DNA of 64,000 nt, from positions 77,817-141,816 of the forward strand of contig CAVSDR010000007.1 in NCBI GenBank assembly GCA_963726745.1. The letters run 5' to 3'. The position numbers and the translations under genes are program-made. Every line of letters begins with the position of its first letter. Within the stretch, counting starts at the first letter, position 1. The DNA is from an uncultured Verrucomicrobiae bacterium. Lineage in GTDB: Bacteria > Verrucomicrobiota > Verrucomicrobiia > Chthoniobacterales > UBA10450. Below the pieces are notes generated by a model. It saw nothing but the letters and a program-made list of their open reading frames with translations, did no database searches and had not been told where the DNA came from. Positions 29,253-40,866 of this stretch are shown piece by piece.

Positions 29253-30260
29253 CTAACGAGCGGCTGGCTGCGGCAGGAGCGTCCGGTCGAGCTTGGCGTA
29301 CGCCGGCCGGGCCGCGATTTGTTCGAAGGCGTGCGACTCGCTCGCGTAAAACGGGTAGGGCCGCGCGGCCTGCATCGGCCGGTAGCGCCAGTGCTTATAC
29401 ATCCACATCCAGGGCGCAGGTTGTCGCCTAACGACCGGTTCAAAAGCATCCCAGCAAGCCTGTGCGATCTCCTGGTGCGTCGCTTTAGCCGGCAACTTCA
29501 CCGCCGGGAGCAGAACCACCCGGTAGCGCCCGTCGGCCAGCGGCTCGCTGTAGATCGGGATCAAGGGCGCGCCCGTCCGTTCCGCCAGCCAGGCATGCGC
29601 CACGGTGATGATCGTCTTCATTCCGAAGCACTCGATCACCACCGTCGGGTGGTGCGGCGGCAGGGTGGTATCAACTAAGAGCGCCGCGCGTCCGCCTTTC
29701 CGCAGGATCTTGAAGAGCTTCACCAGCGCCCCCTGGCGCGGCACGTTTTGATGCCCCGGACTTTCGCGCAGAGCGGTAAAGAAACGATCGAGCAGCGGGT
29801 TCTTAAACTCCTGCGTGGTCACCGCGCAGGGCAATCCGAGATACGCCGTCGCCGGGCTCATCCACTCGAAGTTGCTGTAGTGAAAGCCGCACAAAATGCA
29901 GCTCTGCTCCGGGCCGAGTTCCGCCCGCAGGCGCTCGACGTTCTCGAACTCGATGTAGTCGGCTAAATTTTCCGGCGTCAGCCGCGGCCCCCAAAAAAGG
30001 TCAAGCATCGCGCGCGCAAAGTGCCGGTAAGATTCGCGCGCGATCGCCGCAACCTCTTCCCCGCCGCGCTCCGGAAAGGCCGCCTGCAAATTCGCCCGCG
30101 CCACCGCCATTCCGCGTCGATCGAACCGCGCCGCCAGCCCGCCCAGGAATCCCCCCAGTCGGTAACAAGCCGCACGCGAAAGCCGCGGCACGATGAGTTG
30201 CACCGCCATCAAGGCGAGCCACTCCAGCCGATGCCGCACCCGTTTCCAAAAACGCCTCAC
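29253..30260 (-). CDS. Lipid A acyltransferase family (LpxL-like), copy 2
   Basis: [24 protein letters not shown]; tandem paralog of the previous gene. Confidence 0.82.
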   Translation of the reverse strand: MRRFWKRVRHRLEWLALMAVQLIVPRLSRAACYRLGGFLGGLAARFDRRGMAVARANLQAAFPERGGEEVAAIARESYRHFARAMLDLFWGPRLTPENLADYIEFENVERLRAELGPEQSCILCGFHYSNFEWMSPATAYLGLPCAVTTQEFKNPLLDRFFTALRESPGHQNVPRQGALVKLFKILRKGGRAALLVDTTLPPHHPTVVIECFGMKTIITVAHAWLAERTGAPLIPIYSEPLADGRYRVVLLPAVKLPAKATHQEIAQACWDAFEPVVRRQPAPWMWMYKHWRYRPMQAARPYPFYASESHAFEQIAARPAYAKLDRTLLPQPAAR

Positions 30261-30317
30261 CCGCGCAGCCTACGCAATCTTCTCGACGCCCGCGAGCGCC
30301 CGCGGCAAGAAGAGCGC

Positions 30318-31004
30318 ATGGCCCATGCGGTGGTTCTCGTGAGCGGCGGTTTGGATTCGGCGGTCACGCTCGCCTGCGCGCGTGCACTCGGCTTCCACAC
30401 GCACGCGCTTTCCTTTCGCTACGGCCAGCGGCATGCGGTGGAATTAGACGCTGCGCGCCGCGTGGCTGACTCGTTAGGCGCGATCGAGCAACGCGTGGCT
30501 GAGATCGACCTGCGGCTCTTCGGCGGCTCGGCTTTAACCGACGAGATCGCGGTCCCGCGCGCCCGTTCCGCCGAAGAAATGGCGGGCGGGATCCCGATCA
30601 CCTATGTGCCCGCGCGGAACACGATCTTTCTTTCCTACGCGCTCGCTTGGGCGGAGGTGCTCGGGGCCCGTGACATTTTCATCGGGGTGAATGCGGTCGA
30701 TTACAGCGGCTACCCGGATTGCCGGCCGGAGTTTCTCAAAGCCTTCGAGCACCTCGCCGCGCTCGCGACCAAGGCTGGGGTGGAAGGCGAGCGCTTCCGC
30801 GTGCACGCGCCGCTGCTCCGCCTAACGAAAGCTGAGATCGTGGAGAAAGGGACAGAATTAGGCGTCGACTTCGCGCTCACGCACAGTTGCTACGATCCCA
30901 CACCGGCAGGCGTGGCCTGTGGCTTGTGCGATTCCTGCCAGCTCCGGCTGAAGGGATTCCGCGAAGCCGGGCTCTCCGATCCAGTGCGCTACGTCGCGCG
31001 ATGA
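30318..31004 (+). CDS. queC: 7-cyano-7-deazaguanine synthase
   Basis: [29 protein letters not shown]...CGLCDSC. Confidence 0.95.
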   Translation: MAHAVVLVSGGLDSAVTLACARALGFHTHALSFRYGQRHAVELDAARRVADSLGAIEQRVAEIDLRLFGGSALTDEIAVPRARSAEEMAGGIPITYVPARNTIFLSYALAWAEVLGARDIFIGVNAVDYSGYPDCRPEFLKAFEHLAALATKAGVEGERFRVHAPLLRLTKAEIVEKGTELGVDFALTHSCYDPTPAGVACGLCDSCQLRLKGFREAGLSDPVRYVAR

Positions 31005-31159
31005 AACGCCTGCGCCAGGTCTTCCCGCTGACCGTGCCGGAGCAGCGGCTGGTGCTCGCGCTGCTCCTCGCGTGGGTGCTTTATCTGTTCTTCGTCAGCG
31101 GACGAAACGAGCCACGGCCGACGCTTCAACCTTCGCCCAGCCCGGGGATGCGCCCGTAA
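31001..31159 (+). CDS. Small membrane protein
   Basis: ATGA overlap with the queC stop; [31 protein letters not shown]. Confidence 0.4.
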   Translation: MKRLRQVFPLTVPEQRLVLALLLAWVLYLFFVSGRNEPRPTLQPSPSPGMRP

Positions 31160-32016
31160 CCGACGAAATCGGGAATGCGGCCGTTGGTTGCCGCCCGGCC
31201 CGGACGCGAGACGCGGAAATCGAAGACGCTGACGCCGTAGCGCGACTCGTCGTGATAAGTGCGGCCGTCGCTCGAGCCGATCATCACCCGGCGGCCGCTC
31301 CCCTTCTCTTTCCCCAGGTAAATCATCGTGTGCGTCACCGGCGGATCACGCTCGACATCGTAAGTGCCGCTCCAGAAAAGCAGGTCGCCCGGCTTAAGTT
31401 TTTCCAGCTCGAAAGTGTCGTCTTTCCGGCTTACCACCGCTTCAAAATGGCCGGCCTTTCGCACCCAGCTGTATTGCCCACTGGCGTCGCGCGGCACTTC
31501 CTTGAGTCCGTTCTCGCGCAGCACGTAGGCGATAAAGCCCGAGCAATCCATTCCGCCATTCGCCGGATCGTCCGAGCCATATTTATAGCTCAGGTCGCGC
31601 GCGGCCAGGGCCAGCGCGGACTCGATCAGCCGCTGCACCGGCGCCGGGTAGTCCTCGAAGCCGGCGAGGTCGCTCGAGGCAATGGCGACGCCGGCAGGCT
31701 TCGCTTTCTTCTCGTTAGGCGACGCGCTGGGCGACGGACTGGGCGAGGGGCTTTCCGCCGGGGTCGGCGAGGGACTGGGCGAAGGCGACGGGCTGGGACT
31801 GGGCTTTGGACTCGGTGAAGGTGACGGCTGTTTTTTCTTCTTGGTCGAGGAGGAAGAGGAGCTGCTGCTCTTCTTCTTTTTCTTCGGCGGCGGCGTCGGC
31901 TGGAAGATCTGCTTGATCTTGCTGCCTAACGACGGCTCCGGCTGGTTCGCCGCGGAGGCCCCAAGAGCAAGCGCGCCCACGAGGAGCGCCGCCAGAATTA
32001 GCCGGCCACTTCTCAA
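31126..32016 (-). CDS. NlpC/P60 (C40) cell-wall peptidase with a Ser/Pro linker
   Basis: Signal peptide, (PS)n linker, YKYG...MDCSGF...PGDLLFW...THTMIYLG. TTG start overlaps the upstream stop. Confidence 0.88.
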   Translation of the reverse strand: MRSGRLILAALLVGALALGASAANQPEPSLGSKIKQIFQPTPPPKKKKKSSSSSSSSTKKKKQPSPSPSPKPSPSPSPSPSPSPTPAESPSPSPSPSASPNEKKAKPAGVAIASSDLAGFEDYPAPVQRLIESALALAARDLSYKYGSDDPANGGMDCSGFIAYVLRENGLKEVPRDASGQYSWVRKAGHFEAVVSRKDDTFELEKLKPGDLLFWSGTYDVERDPPVTHTMIYLGKEKGSGRRVMIGSSDGRTYHDESRYGVSVFDFRVSRPGRAATNGRIPDFVGYGRIPGLGEG

Positions 32017-33350
32017 CGCGAAAGTTCCAGGAGGACGGCTTTGTTCAGGCGGATGCCGACGTCGAGATGCTCCAGCGGAAAGTTCTCGTTCGGCGAATGC
32101 GCCCGGCAATCGGCCAGCGCGAGCCCGAGCAGGAGCGTCTCCACGCCCATGATCGTGCGGAACTGCGAGGTGATCGGGATGCTCCCGCCTTCGCGGATGA
32201 GCGCCGGTTCCTTGCCATCAAAGGCGTCGCGCAAGGCGCGCTGCGCCGCCTTGCCGACCTCCGAGTGCGGGTCGGTGAGATACCACGGGCCGCTGTGGCC
32301 ATCGACGATCTCCATGGTCACGCCCGGCGGGCAATGTTTCCGCAGGTGCGCCTTGGCCAGCTCGAGAATCTTCGGGCCCTCCTGGTTCGGGACCAGGCGG
32401 AAGGTGAGCTTCGCGAAGGCGTGACTGGCGATCACTGTCTTCGTCCCCGGCCCTTGGTAGCCGCCGCCGATGCCGTTGATCTCCGCGGTCGGCCGAGCCC
32501 ACAAACGCTCGAGCGTGCTGTAGCCTTCTTCTCCGTAGAGCGCGGGCGAACCGGTTTCGTCGAGAATGTCCTTGTCGCCATCGATCGGCAATTTCCGCCA
32601 GGCTTCGCGTTCCCAATCTTCCAGCGGCTTGACCGCATCGTAGAAACCTTCGATCGCGATGTGGCCATTCTTGTCGTGAATCGTGGCGAGCAATTGCGCG
32701 AGCGCAGTGATCGGGTTCGCGACCGCCCCGCCGAACATCCCCGAGTGCAAATCCATCTTCGAGCCGGTCATCTTGATCTCGAGCGCGGTCACGCCGCGCA
32801 GGCCGTAGCTTAAAGTCGGCACGCCTTTGGCGATCATCCCGGTATCGGAGACGACGACCACGTCCGAGCGCAGTTCCTCGAGATTCTGCGAGAGAAAATT
32901 GCCCAGGTTATCGCTCCCGATTTCTTCCTCGCCCTCGATGATCAAGTGAAGGTTCACCGGCAAGTCGCCGTCTTTCTCGATCGTCTCCTGGATGCCGAGG
33001 ATGTGCGCCAGGATCTGGCCCTTGTTATCGGTCGCGCCGCGCGCGTAGACGTAGCCGTCCTTGAGCACGGGATCGAACGGCGGCGAATCCCAAAGCTCGA
33101 GCGGATCGGGCGGTTGCACGTCGTAATGCCCGTAGATCATCACCGTCTTGCGGCCAGCTTGATGTTTATTTTTCGCCCAGACGACAGGATGGCCGGGCGT
33201 CGGGACGAGCTTCGCCTCCAGGCCGATCGCGGTCAGCTTCTCCACCAGCCAATGCGCGCACTCCGCCACTTTTTCGGAGTAAGCTTCATCGGTCGAAACG
33301 CTCGGGAACCGCAGGAAGGTGTAGTAATCTTCGAGATGACTGGCGCGCAT
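32013..33350 (-). CDS. M20 family dipeptidase
   Basis: YGHYDVQP, ARGATDNKG, EGEEEIGS, DLHSG, AHSPNE. Confidence 0.92.
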   Translation of the reverse strand: MRASHLEDYYTFLRFPSVSTDEAYSEKVAECAHWLVEKLTAIGLEAKLVPTPGHPVVWAKNKHQAGRKTVMIYGHYDVQPPDPLELWDSPPFDPVLKDGYVYARGATDNKGQILAHILGIQETIEKDGDLPVNLHLIIEGEEEIGSDNLGNFLSQNLEELRSDVVVVSDTGMIAKGVPTLSYGLRGVTALEIKMTGSKMDLHSGMFGGAVANPITALAQLLATIHDKNGHIAIEGFYDAVKPLEDWEREAWRKLPIDGDKDILDETGSPALYGEEGYSTLERLWARPTAEINGIGGGYQGPGTKTVIASHAFAKLTFRLVPNQEGPKILELAKAHLRKHCPPGVTMEIVDGHSGPWYLTDPHSEVGKAAQRALRDAFDGKEPALIREGGSIPITSQFRTIMGVETLLLGLALADCRAHSPNENFPLEHLDVGIRLNKAVLLELSR

Positions 33351-33461
33351 AGTGGCGCAGCCTAGCGCAATTCCCCGTCGGTTTGCGCAAGGGAGTTCGT
33401 CGGCCGGCGCGCGCGCGCAATCGCGCTTGTCGCTCCCCGATCTCGCCGCCAATCTTCCGCG

Positions 33462-34772
33462 ATGTCTTCCCCAACGGAATCACGCGAGGGCCTGGTGCGC
33501 GCGCTCGGCGTGCCCGGCCTAACGACCAACATCATCAACACCACCGTGGGCGCCGGCATCTTCGCGCTTCCCGCAACCGTCGCGCTCGGGCTGGGCGCGG
33601 CCGCGCCGCTCGCCTTCGTCATTTGCGCGCTCGCGATGGCGCTGGTGGTGAGTTGCTTCGCGCTCGCCGGGAGCCGGGTGGCGTTAACCGGCGGGCTCTA
33701 CGCTTACGTGGAAGTGGCTTTCGGGCGCTACGTCGGCTTCATCACTGCGGTCCTGCTCTATTTAAGCGCGGTCTTGAGCGTGGCCGGCGTGGTCGCGCTT
33801 TGCATCGGCAGTTTCACCGAGCTCTTCCCGGCGCTGAACGGCTGGTGGAGCCGCGCCTTGCTCATGTTCCTGGTCTACCTCGCGCTCGCGGCGATCAATG
33901 TCCGTGGCGTCCGCGCCGGCGGGCGCACCGTCGCGGTCGTCACCGTGGCGAAATTGATCCCGCTGCTTATTTTCGTCGCGGTCGGCTTCTTTTTCATTAA
34001 CCCCGCGGCGCTCGCCTGGCCGGGCCTGCCGGCGATGGGTGACCTGGGGAAAACCGTCCTGCTGCTCATGTTTGCCTTCGTCGGCATCGAGGTCGCGCTC
34101 GTCCCCAGCGGCGAAGTGAAGAATCCCGCGCGCACGGTCCCGCGCTCGATCTACCTCGCGCTCCTCACCACCACCGCGCTCTACATTGCCATTCAACTCG
34201 TCGGCCAGGGGATTCTCGGAAGCGATCTCGGCAAGTTCTCGCCTGCGCCCTTGGCCGAGGCCGCGGGGCGAATCGTCGGGCCGCTCGGCCGCACCGTCCT
34301 GCTCGCGGGCGCGACCATCTCCGCCTTCGGTTTTGTGGCCAGCGACATGCTGAGCTCGCCGCGCCTGCTCTTCGCGCTCGGCCGCGATCGCATCCTCCCC
34401 GCGTGGTTCGCACATCTCCATCCGCGCTTCCGTTCGCCCGATGTCGCCATCGTGGCTTACGCTGCGATTGCCTTCGCCTTCTCGCTCACCTCCACCTTCG
34501 AGTCGCTCGCGGTGATGGCGAACTCCGCCGTGCTTGTGGCTTATCTACTGTGTTGCGGGGCGACTTTGCAGCTGCTCCGGCGCGACGTCCGCGGCGACGG
34601 TGCGCCGCTCCGTTTTCCGGGTCAAAAGATCGTGCCGTTTCTCGCGATCGCGGTCGTGCTTTGGATCCTCCTGCAGGCGGAGCTGAACGTCTTCGTTTTC
34701 ATCGCCGTGGTGCTGGTGATTGCCTCGATCCTCTACGGGCTTCGGCGCCTGCAAACGCCGAAAGCGGGCTAG
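33462..34772 (+). CDS. APC family amino acid permease
   Basis: VGAGIF, GGLYAYV, FAFVGIE...GEVKNP; about 12 TM segments. Confidence 0.9.
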   Translation: MSSPTESREGLVRALGVPGLTTNIINTTVGAGIFALPATVALGLGAAAPLAFVICALAMALVVSCFALAGSRVALTGGLYAYVEVAFGRYVGFITAVLLYLSAVLSVAGVVALCIGSFTELFPALNGWWSRALLMFLVYLALAAINVRGVRAGGRTVAVVTVAKLIPLLIFVAVGFFFINPAALAWPGLPAMGDLGKTVLLLMFAFVGIEVALVPSGEVKNPARTVPRSIYLALLTTTALYIAIQLVGQGILGSDLGKFSPAPLAEAAGRIVGPLGRTVLLAGATISAFGFVASDMLSSPRLLFALGRDRILPAWFAHLHPRFRSPDVAIVAYAAIAFAFSLTSTFESLAVMANSAVLVAYLLCCGATLQLLRRDVRGDGAPLRFPGQKIVPFLAIAVVLWILLQAELNVFVFIAVVLVIASILYGLRRLQTPKAG

Positions 34773-34780
34773 ACACCCCA

Positions 34781-34828
34781 CCCCCATATCTTGTGCGCGG
34801 CGTAGCTTCGACCCCCACTTTATTGTGG
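34781..34828 (+). promoter_or_regulatory. Tandem NrdR-box-like sites upstream of smc
   Basis: CCCCCATATCTTGTGC (34781-34796) and CCCCACTTTATTGTGG (34813-34828), starts 32 bp apart; resemble acaCwAtATaTwGtg. Confidence 0.6.
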
Positions 34829-34895
34829 AAAAAGGCTTGTCACTCCGCTTCCCCGACGCTACCAACGGAAGACCGGCCGCCCCGGTTGTTCCACC

Positions 34896-37800
34896 ATGCA
34901 TCTCAAATCTCTCGAAGTTATCGGTTTCAAATCTTTTGCCGACAAAACCGCGTTCGAATTCCACCAGGGCGTGACCGCGATCGTCGGCCCCAACGGCTGC
35001 GGTAAGTCCAACGTCCTCGACGCCGTCCGCTGGGTCCTCGGAGAGCAATCGGCCAAGGCTCTCCGCGGCGGCGAAATGGCGGACGTCATCTTCAACGGGA
35101 CCGACTCGCGCAAGCCGCTCGGCTTCGCCGAGGTCTCGCTCACTTTCACCGATTGCGCGCAGCAGATGGGCGTCGATTGGCACGAGGTCCGCGTGACCCG
35201 CCGGGTCTACAAGGACGGCGCTTCCGAGTATCTGCTCAACAAGACAGCTTGCCGTCTAAAAGACATCCAGAACCTCTTCGCCGACACCGGCGTGGGCCGC
35301 AGCGCCTACTCGATCATGGAGCAGGGCAAGATCGATTTGATCCTGAGCTCGCGCCCGGAAGATCGCCGCGCGGTCTTTGAAGAAGCCGCCGGCATCACCA
35401 AATACCGCGGCCAAAAACGCGAAGCGCTCCGCAAACTGGAGGCGACCGACGCGAACCTTCTGCGCATTGGCGACATCATCAAGGAAGTGAAGCGGCAGAT
35501 CGGATCGCTCCAGCGCCAGGCCGGAAAAGCGCGCCGCTACCAGACCTTGATGACCGACCTCCAGGTCCTCGACACCCACCATTCCCGCGGAAAACTCGCG
35601 CAGCTCGAGAGCGAGCTGGCGCAGTGCCAGGAGGCAATCGCGCAGGGCGAAGAAGCCGAGCGCGCAACCCTCGAGCGGATCGAAACCGGCGAGAACTCGT
35701 TAGGCGAGAAACGCGGCGAACTCGATGCGATCGACGCGCGAGTAAGCGACGCCCGCGCCGAGGTGCAGCGATTAAACAGCGAGATGTCGACCAACCGCAG
35801 CCGGATCGAGTTCAACCGCCAGCGCGCCCAGGAAATTAGCGAACTGATCGAGCGTTACCGCCACGACATCGCCACCGCCGAGACCAAGCGCACCGAGCAG
35901 GCCACGCAGATCGAGGAAGCCGACGCGCTCATCTCGCGCACGAGCGAACTTCTCCAGGCGAAACAAGGCGAGCTCACGGGCTTGAGTGAACGCGTGAGCA
36001 CCCTGCGTCGCGAGCGTCAGGAGCGCGAAACGCAACTCGTGACCCTGCAGACGTCGCTCCAAAAAGCCGAGAATCGCCTCGCCACTTTAGCCGACGAGAT
36101 CGCGGGCACCCGAAGACCGGCGGGACAGCACGCTCGCCCGCGTGAGCGAACTCGCTTCCGAAATTGCCAGCGCCACGAGCGCGCGCGACGAAGCGGCCGA
36201 CGCGCTCGAGAACGCCCGCCGCGAGCACGAGCTGGAGCAGGCCGCGGTCGAGGCGCTCTTCGCAGCCGTGCGCACGGCCGAGGGAGAATTGCAGGCGCAC
36301 CGCCGCTCGTTAGGCGAGATCGAGACCGAGACCATCCGCCTGGAGCGCACGATCGCGGAGAAGCAATCGCGGCTCGAAATCCTGCGGCAATTAAACGAGG
36401 AAGGCGAAGGCCTGGCGAAAGGTTCGCAAGCGGTGCTCAAGGGTTTGCACGATCCCGAGCGGATCCGGCCTGCACTCGCCGGCGCGCTCGCGTCCAATCT
36501 CCAGGTCGAGCGCGAATATATCGCCGCGCTCGAGGCCGCGTTCGGTCGCAATATGCATGCGGTGGTCTTGCAGAATCCGGATTTAGCCAGCGAGATCATC
36601 CAGCAGGTGACCAGCGGCAAGCTCGGCCAGGCCGCGCTCGCGCTCCCGCAAATCACGCCGGCGGCGAGCGACGACCACCTGGTCGACCTCCCGTTAGGCG
36701 GCCTCTGCTGGGCGATCGAAAAAGTCGATGCGCCCGCGGCCTTGCAAGCGCTCGTGCGGCGTCTGCTTCGTGGCGTGGTCATCGTGCCCGACCTCGCGAC
36801 CGCGCTCCAGCTCAAGGGCTTTCACCCTGTCCTCCAGTTCGCCACGCTCGCGGGCGAATTCATTTCCACCGCGGGCGTGCTCTTTGGCGGAAGCGCCAGC
36901 AACCAGGCGACCTCGCTCCTCGGCCGCAATCTCTTGATCAACGAAACCGCCGGTGAGCTGCAGACGCTGCAGACCGAGCACGGCACGTCTCGTGGCCGAG
37001 CGCGAGCGCCGCACCGCGACTGTGCAGGCCGCGACCAGCGGCTTGGAACAAGCTCGCGCAACGCACCAGACCGCGCATCTCCAGCAATCGAATTCCGCCG
37101 CGCAGCTTCTCGTGCTCGAGCACCAGGTGCGCGTCGCGAGCGATCGCCTGCGGCAAGTGCAGAACGAACGCGGCACGCTCGAGCAGCAGACCGGCAGCGC
37201 CGACGCGCGGATTGCCCAGCTGGAAAGCGAATTGGCCACGCTCCAGCAAACGGCTAACGAACAGACCTCGCAGCGCGCGACCGCGGCCGACGCGAGCACG
37301 CAGGCGCGTTTGCACGAGGAGGAAATTAGCGAGCAACTTCAGGCTCTCCGGCTCGAGGTCGCGACCGAAAAACAGCGGCAGGAAAACCTGCTCGCACAGC
37401 GTCAGCCAATGGCGGCACGCGCCGCGGAGCTGGCGGAATTGATCGACACCCGCCGCGCCGATATTGCGAATTACGAGCGCCGCCTCGAGAGCCAGAGCGT
37501 CGAGAGCGAGCAGGCCGAAGCCGCGCTCGCCGCGCAAGCCACCGAGCTGGCCGCGGCCGAGGAACGCGTGGCCGCGATTGCGCAGGAACGGGCCGCCCGC
37601 CTCGCGGAGGTGAACCAATTAGACAGCGAATTGCGCACCGTCCGCACTTCGCTGAACGCGGTGCGCGATGCCCGCGGCCACGAGCAGGTGCGGCAGACGC
37701 AGTTGCAGTTGCGCGTGGAAAATCTCCTCGAGCACGCCACCCGGCGCTACCAGATCGACCTGCGCGAGTTCACCCCGGACCCGTATGCCTACGGCAAAAC

Positions 37801-38650
37801 GCTCCGCGTGCAGCTCAAGCGCCGCGGGAAATCCGCCGAGGAAGCGGTCGAGGTCACAGTCACGCCAGATGACGAACCGGCGGCCGAAGTGGACGCGGCA
37901 CAGCTCGAGGCGATGATCGGCGAGCTCACCCGCCAGCTCGATAACATGGGCCCGGTGAACCTCGAGGCGGTGCATGAATACGACGAGCTCGAGGAGCGTT
38001 TCCGTTTCCTCGAAGCGCAGAACAACGACCTGACCGCCTCCAAGCGCGAGTTGCTCGACGTGATCGAGAAGATCAACCGCACCACGCAGAAGCTTTTTGC
38101 CGACACTTTCGCGCAGGTGAAGATCAACTTCCGCGAGATGTTCGGCGAGCTCTTCGGCGGCGGGCGGGCCGACCTCTCGTTAGTCGACGAGAACGATCCG
38201 CTGAACTCCGGGATCGACATTATCGCCAAGCCCCCGGGCAAGCAGCCGCAGGTGATCTCGCTCCTCTCCGGCGGCGAGCGCACGATGACCGCGGTCGCGC
38301 TCCTCTTTGCGATCTACATGGTCCGGCCGAGCCCGTTCTGCATCCTCGACGAAATGGATGCGCCGCTCGACGAATCGAACATCAATCGCTTCATCAAGAT
38401 GCTCGACCGCTTCATTGGGCAGAGCCAGTTCATCATCATCACGCACAACAAGCGCACGATCGCGAAGGCCGACGTGCTCTACGGCGTGACCATGGAGGAA
38501 CGCGGCGTGAGCAAGCTCGTGGGGATGCGTCTCGCGAGCGAAAAAGGCGCCGATGGCGAACTGATCGCGAGTCCGCGCCAGAAAGCCATCGAGCCGCAGT
38601 TTCCCGCCGAGGGCGCGGAGCACACCGGCGAGCTGGCACTGAGCCGGTAG
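34896..38650 (+). CDS. smc: Chromosome segregation protein SMC, with two frameshifts (~36115, ~36990)
   Basis: GFKSFAD/GPNGCGKSN in ORF 34896; hinge region in ORF 36142; LSGGE/ILDEMDAPLD/ITHNK in ORF 36953. Confidence 0.93.
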
Positions 38651-38676
38651 GCGCGCTCACCTCACCGGGCGAAGAA

Positions 38677-39735
38677 TCAAGCCGGGCGAGGCGCGACCCC
38701 GAGCGCTCGCTGGCCCTGGAATTCCTCGTTCTGGGCGATCTTGCGCAAGAGGCGGCCGAGCAAATCCGAGCCGGTAATGATGACGCGCTCCTGCTTTGTC
38801 CAGAGGAGGATCAAATCCTTATCGATGACATCGTCGCCGGGCCTCTCCGGTTGCACCGCGAGCTGGCTTAAGACCTGGCCGAGCGGCTGCCGAGCATCGC
38901 GCACGATGAGCGGGTGATGACAGAGAAGGCTCGGATTGACCGGTGCCGGGTCAAAGAGCGCGGCGCGCACAAACGCCGGGGCACTCGCCACCAGGTGTGG
39001 TTCGTCGGCCTCGTCGGCAAACACGACCCACTTTTTCCCCGAGGCCATTAACTGGCGCAGGAATGGATCCTCGGCGGTGGGTGCAATCGGCGGGAAGACG
39101 AGCTGGCCTGCGCGCTGCGGCAACCGGATGACACTGCGCGGATCCAGCGGTTCGCCTTCCTCCCCCACCGGCAGGTCGTCCAGAGCGAGAAAGTTGACCG
39201 CGCCGGTCGCTTCAACGTGACCGATTTCCGTGCTCTGGTTGTGCGCGTGATGCTGCAGCATGCGTTGCAACTCGTGCTCGCGATACCAGACTGCGCCTTC
39301 TGGTCCAATCCACGCATCGAGCAGCCGGCCCGAAATCCATGCCACTGGCCAGAGCAGCACTTGGTAGAAGCGCAACAGCGGCGCGAAGAAGGCGGCGACG
39401 CGCAGTGCATTCCGCGAGAAATACGCCTGCGGCATGATCTCGCCTGCGATCGTGATTCCCACCGTGGAAACGAGGAAGGCGCTCATCCCGGCCAGGACGG
39501 AATCCGCCAGGAGCGTCAAGAGCACGTTGACCGCGACGTTGCCCCAAAGAATGACCGCGAGAGTGAAATTCGAATTGCGTCGCAAAGCCAGCACGCGGCG
39601 CACCCGGGGATCGCTCTCGCCGGCCGCTTCGAGACGCAGCCGGCTCAAGCTGAAGACCGCCAGGTTCATCCCCGAAAACATGGCCGACTGCGACAGACAC
39701 ACTGCAATCCCCAGCCAGGTCAGGAGGTCATTCAT
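38677..39735 (-). CDS. DUF21/CNNM-domain membrane protein
   Basis: SAMFSGMNLAVFSL, ILWGNVAVN, GEIMPQA. Confidence 0.8.
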   Translation of the reverse strand: MNDLLTWLGIAVCLSQSAMFSGMNLAVFSLSRLRLEAAGESDPRVRRVLALRRNSNFTLAVILWGNVAVNVLLTLLADSVLAGMSAFLVSTVGITIAGEIMPQAYFSRNALRVAAFFAPLLRFYQVLLWPVAWISGRLLDAWIGPEGAVWYREHELQRMLQHHAHNQSTEIGHVEATGAVNFLALDDLPVGEEGEPLDPRSVIRLPQRAGQLVFPPIAPTAEDPFLRQLMASGKKWVVFADEADEPHLVASAPAFVRAALFDPAPVNPSLLCHHPLIVRDARQPLGQVLSQLAVQPERPGDDVIDKDLILLWTKQERVIITGSDLLGRLLRKIAQNEEFQGQRALGVAPRPA

Positions 39736-39840
39736 AGGGTGGTCGATTCAAATTATCCCAGCGCGAGGCAGGCGTCAGCAAGGCCGCGCCTTTCAAAATC
39801 CGCATTTGCTGCCTCTTGACCTTGCTGCCAAAATCTCCGG

Positions 39841-40866
39841 ATGCTGCAAACTGCGGAGCCCGGCGCTAAAGAGAACCAACAGGCGCCCCCGCACGAGCGT
39901 TTCCTCGAGGCTTTCCGGTGGATGCTGCTCGCGCGCACTTTTGAAGAGAAATTGGCCAGCCTTTACCGGGGCGGGCAGATCACGGGCGGCGTCTACGTGG
40001 GCAAGGGCCAGGAGGCGGTCAGTGTGGCTTGCGGTCTCTTCTTGCGGAAAGGCGACGTCTTCGGCCCGCTGATTCGCGACCAGGCGGGACGCTCGGCGTT
40101 TGGCGAGCCTTTGCTCGATGTCACGCGGACTTATCTCGGCTCTCGCCAGGGACCGATGCGCGGGCGCGACGGGAACATTCACCGTGGCCGGCCACGCGCG
40201 GGGCAGCTGGCGATGATCAGCCACCTCGGCTCCTTGATTCCGGTGGTCGTGGGCACACTCATGGCCAAGAAGATGAAGGGCGAAAAGGATTTTGTCGGCC
40301 TAACGACCATCGGCGAAGGCGGCATGCAGACCGGTGCCACGCACGAAGGGATGAATGTGGCCGCGGTCGAGAAAGTGCCGTTTGTCCTCGTGGCCACGAA
40401 CAATCATTACGCCTACTCCACGCCGAACGACCGGCAGTTTGCCTGCGCGGACTTGGTCGATCGCGCAGCCGGCTACGGCTACGAAGGCCAGACGCTCGAC
40501 GGGACTGATCTTGCTGCCTGTTTGGAGGTGATCGGAGGTGCAGTCGAGCGCGCCCGCGCTGGTGGTCCGCCGCAGCTCGTAGTCGCCTCGATTCTCCGCC
40601 TCGCCGGCCACGGCGAACACGATGACGCCAGCTATGTCGTCCCGGAAATCCGGAAAGAAAAATTCGCGCAGGACTCGCTGCAACGCGCCGAGGATCGGAT
40701 CAAATCCGAGGGCTTGCTTACGGAAGAAGCGCTGAAGGAAATGCGCGCCGAGGCGCTCGCGGAAGTGAACGAAGCGGTGAATGCCGCGCAGCAGGAAGAT
40801 GCTCCGGTTGGCGAAGAGGAAGATTGGTGCGCGCTCTCCCGTCGCGACCTTGTGGAGCAGATTTAA
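39841..40866 (+). CDS. 2-oxoacid dehydrogenase E1 alpha subunit
   Basis: GQEA, TPP motif GEGG...NNHYAYST, RLAGHGEHD. Confidence 0.9.
   Translation: MLQTAEPGAKENQQAPPHERFLEAFRWMLLARTFEEKLASLYRGGQITGGVYVGKGQEAVSVACGLFLRKGDVFGPLIRDQAGRSAFGEPLLDVTRTYLGSRQGPMRGRDGNIHRGRPRAGQLAMISHLGSLIPVVVGTLMAKKMKGEKDFVGLTTIGEGGMQTGATHEGMNVAAVEKVPFVLVATNNHYAYSTPNDRQFACADLVDRAAGYGYEGQTLDGTDLAACLEVIGGAVERARAGGPPQLVVASILRLAGHGEHDDASYVVPEIRKEKFAQDSLQRAEDRIKSEGLLTEEALKEMRAEALAEVNEAVNAAQQEDAPVGEEEDWCALSRRDLVEQI

Noticed and set aside
30260..30318. preQ1 riboswitch upstream of queC
   Set aside because: The intergenic region is under 60 nt, GC-rich, and lacks the preQ1 stem and A-rich tail.
31725..31880. Repetitive DNA in the NlpC/P60 gene
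   Set aside because: It encodes an ordinary Pro/Ser/Lys low-complexity linker.
36100..37000. Programmed frameshifting in smc
   Set aside because: No slippery site is evident, and similar breaks occur in many unrelated genes, which favours sequencing error.
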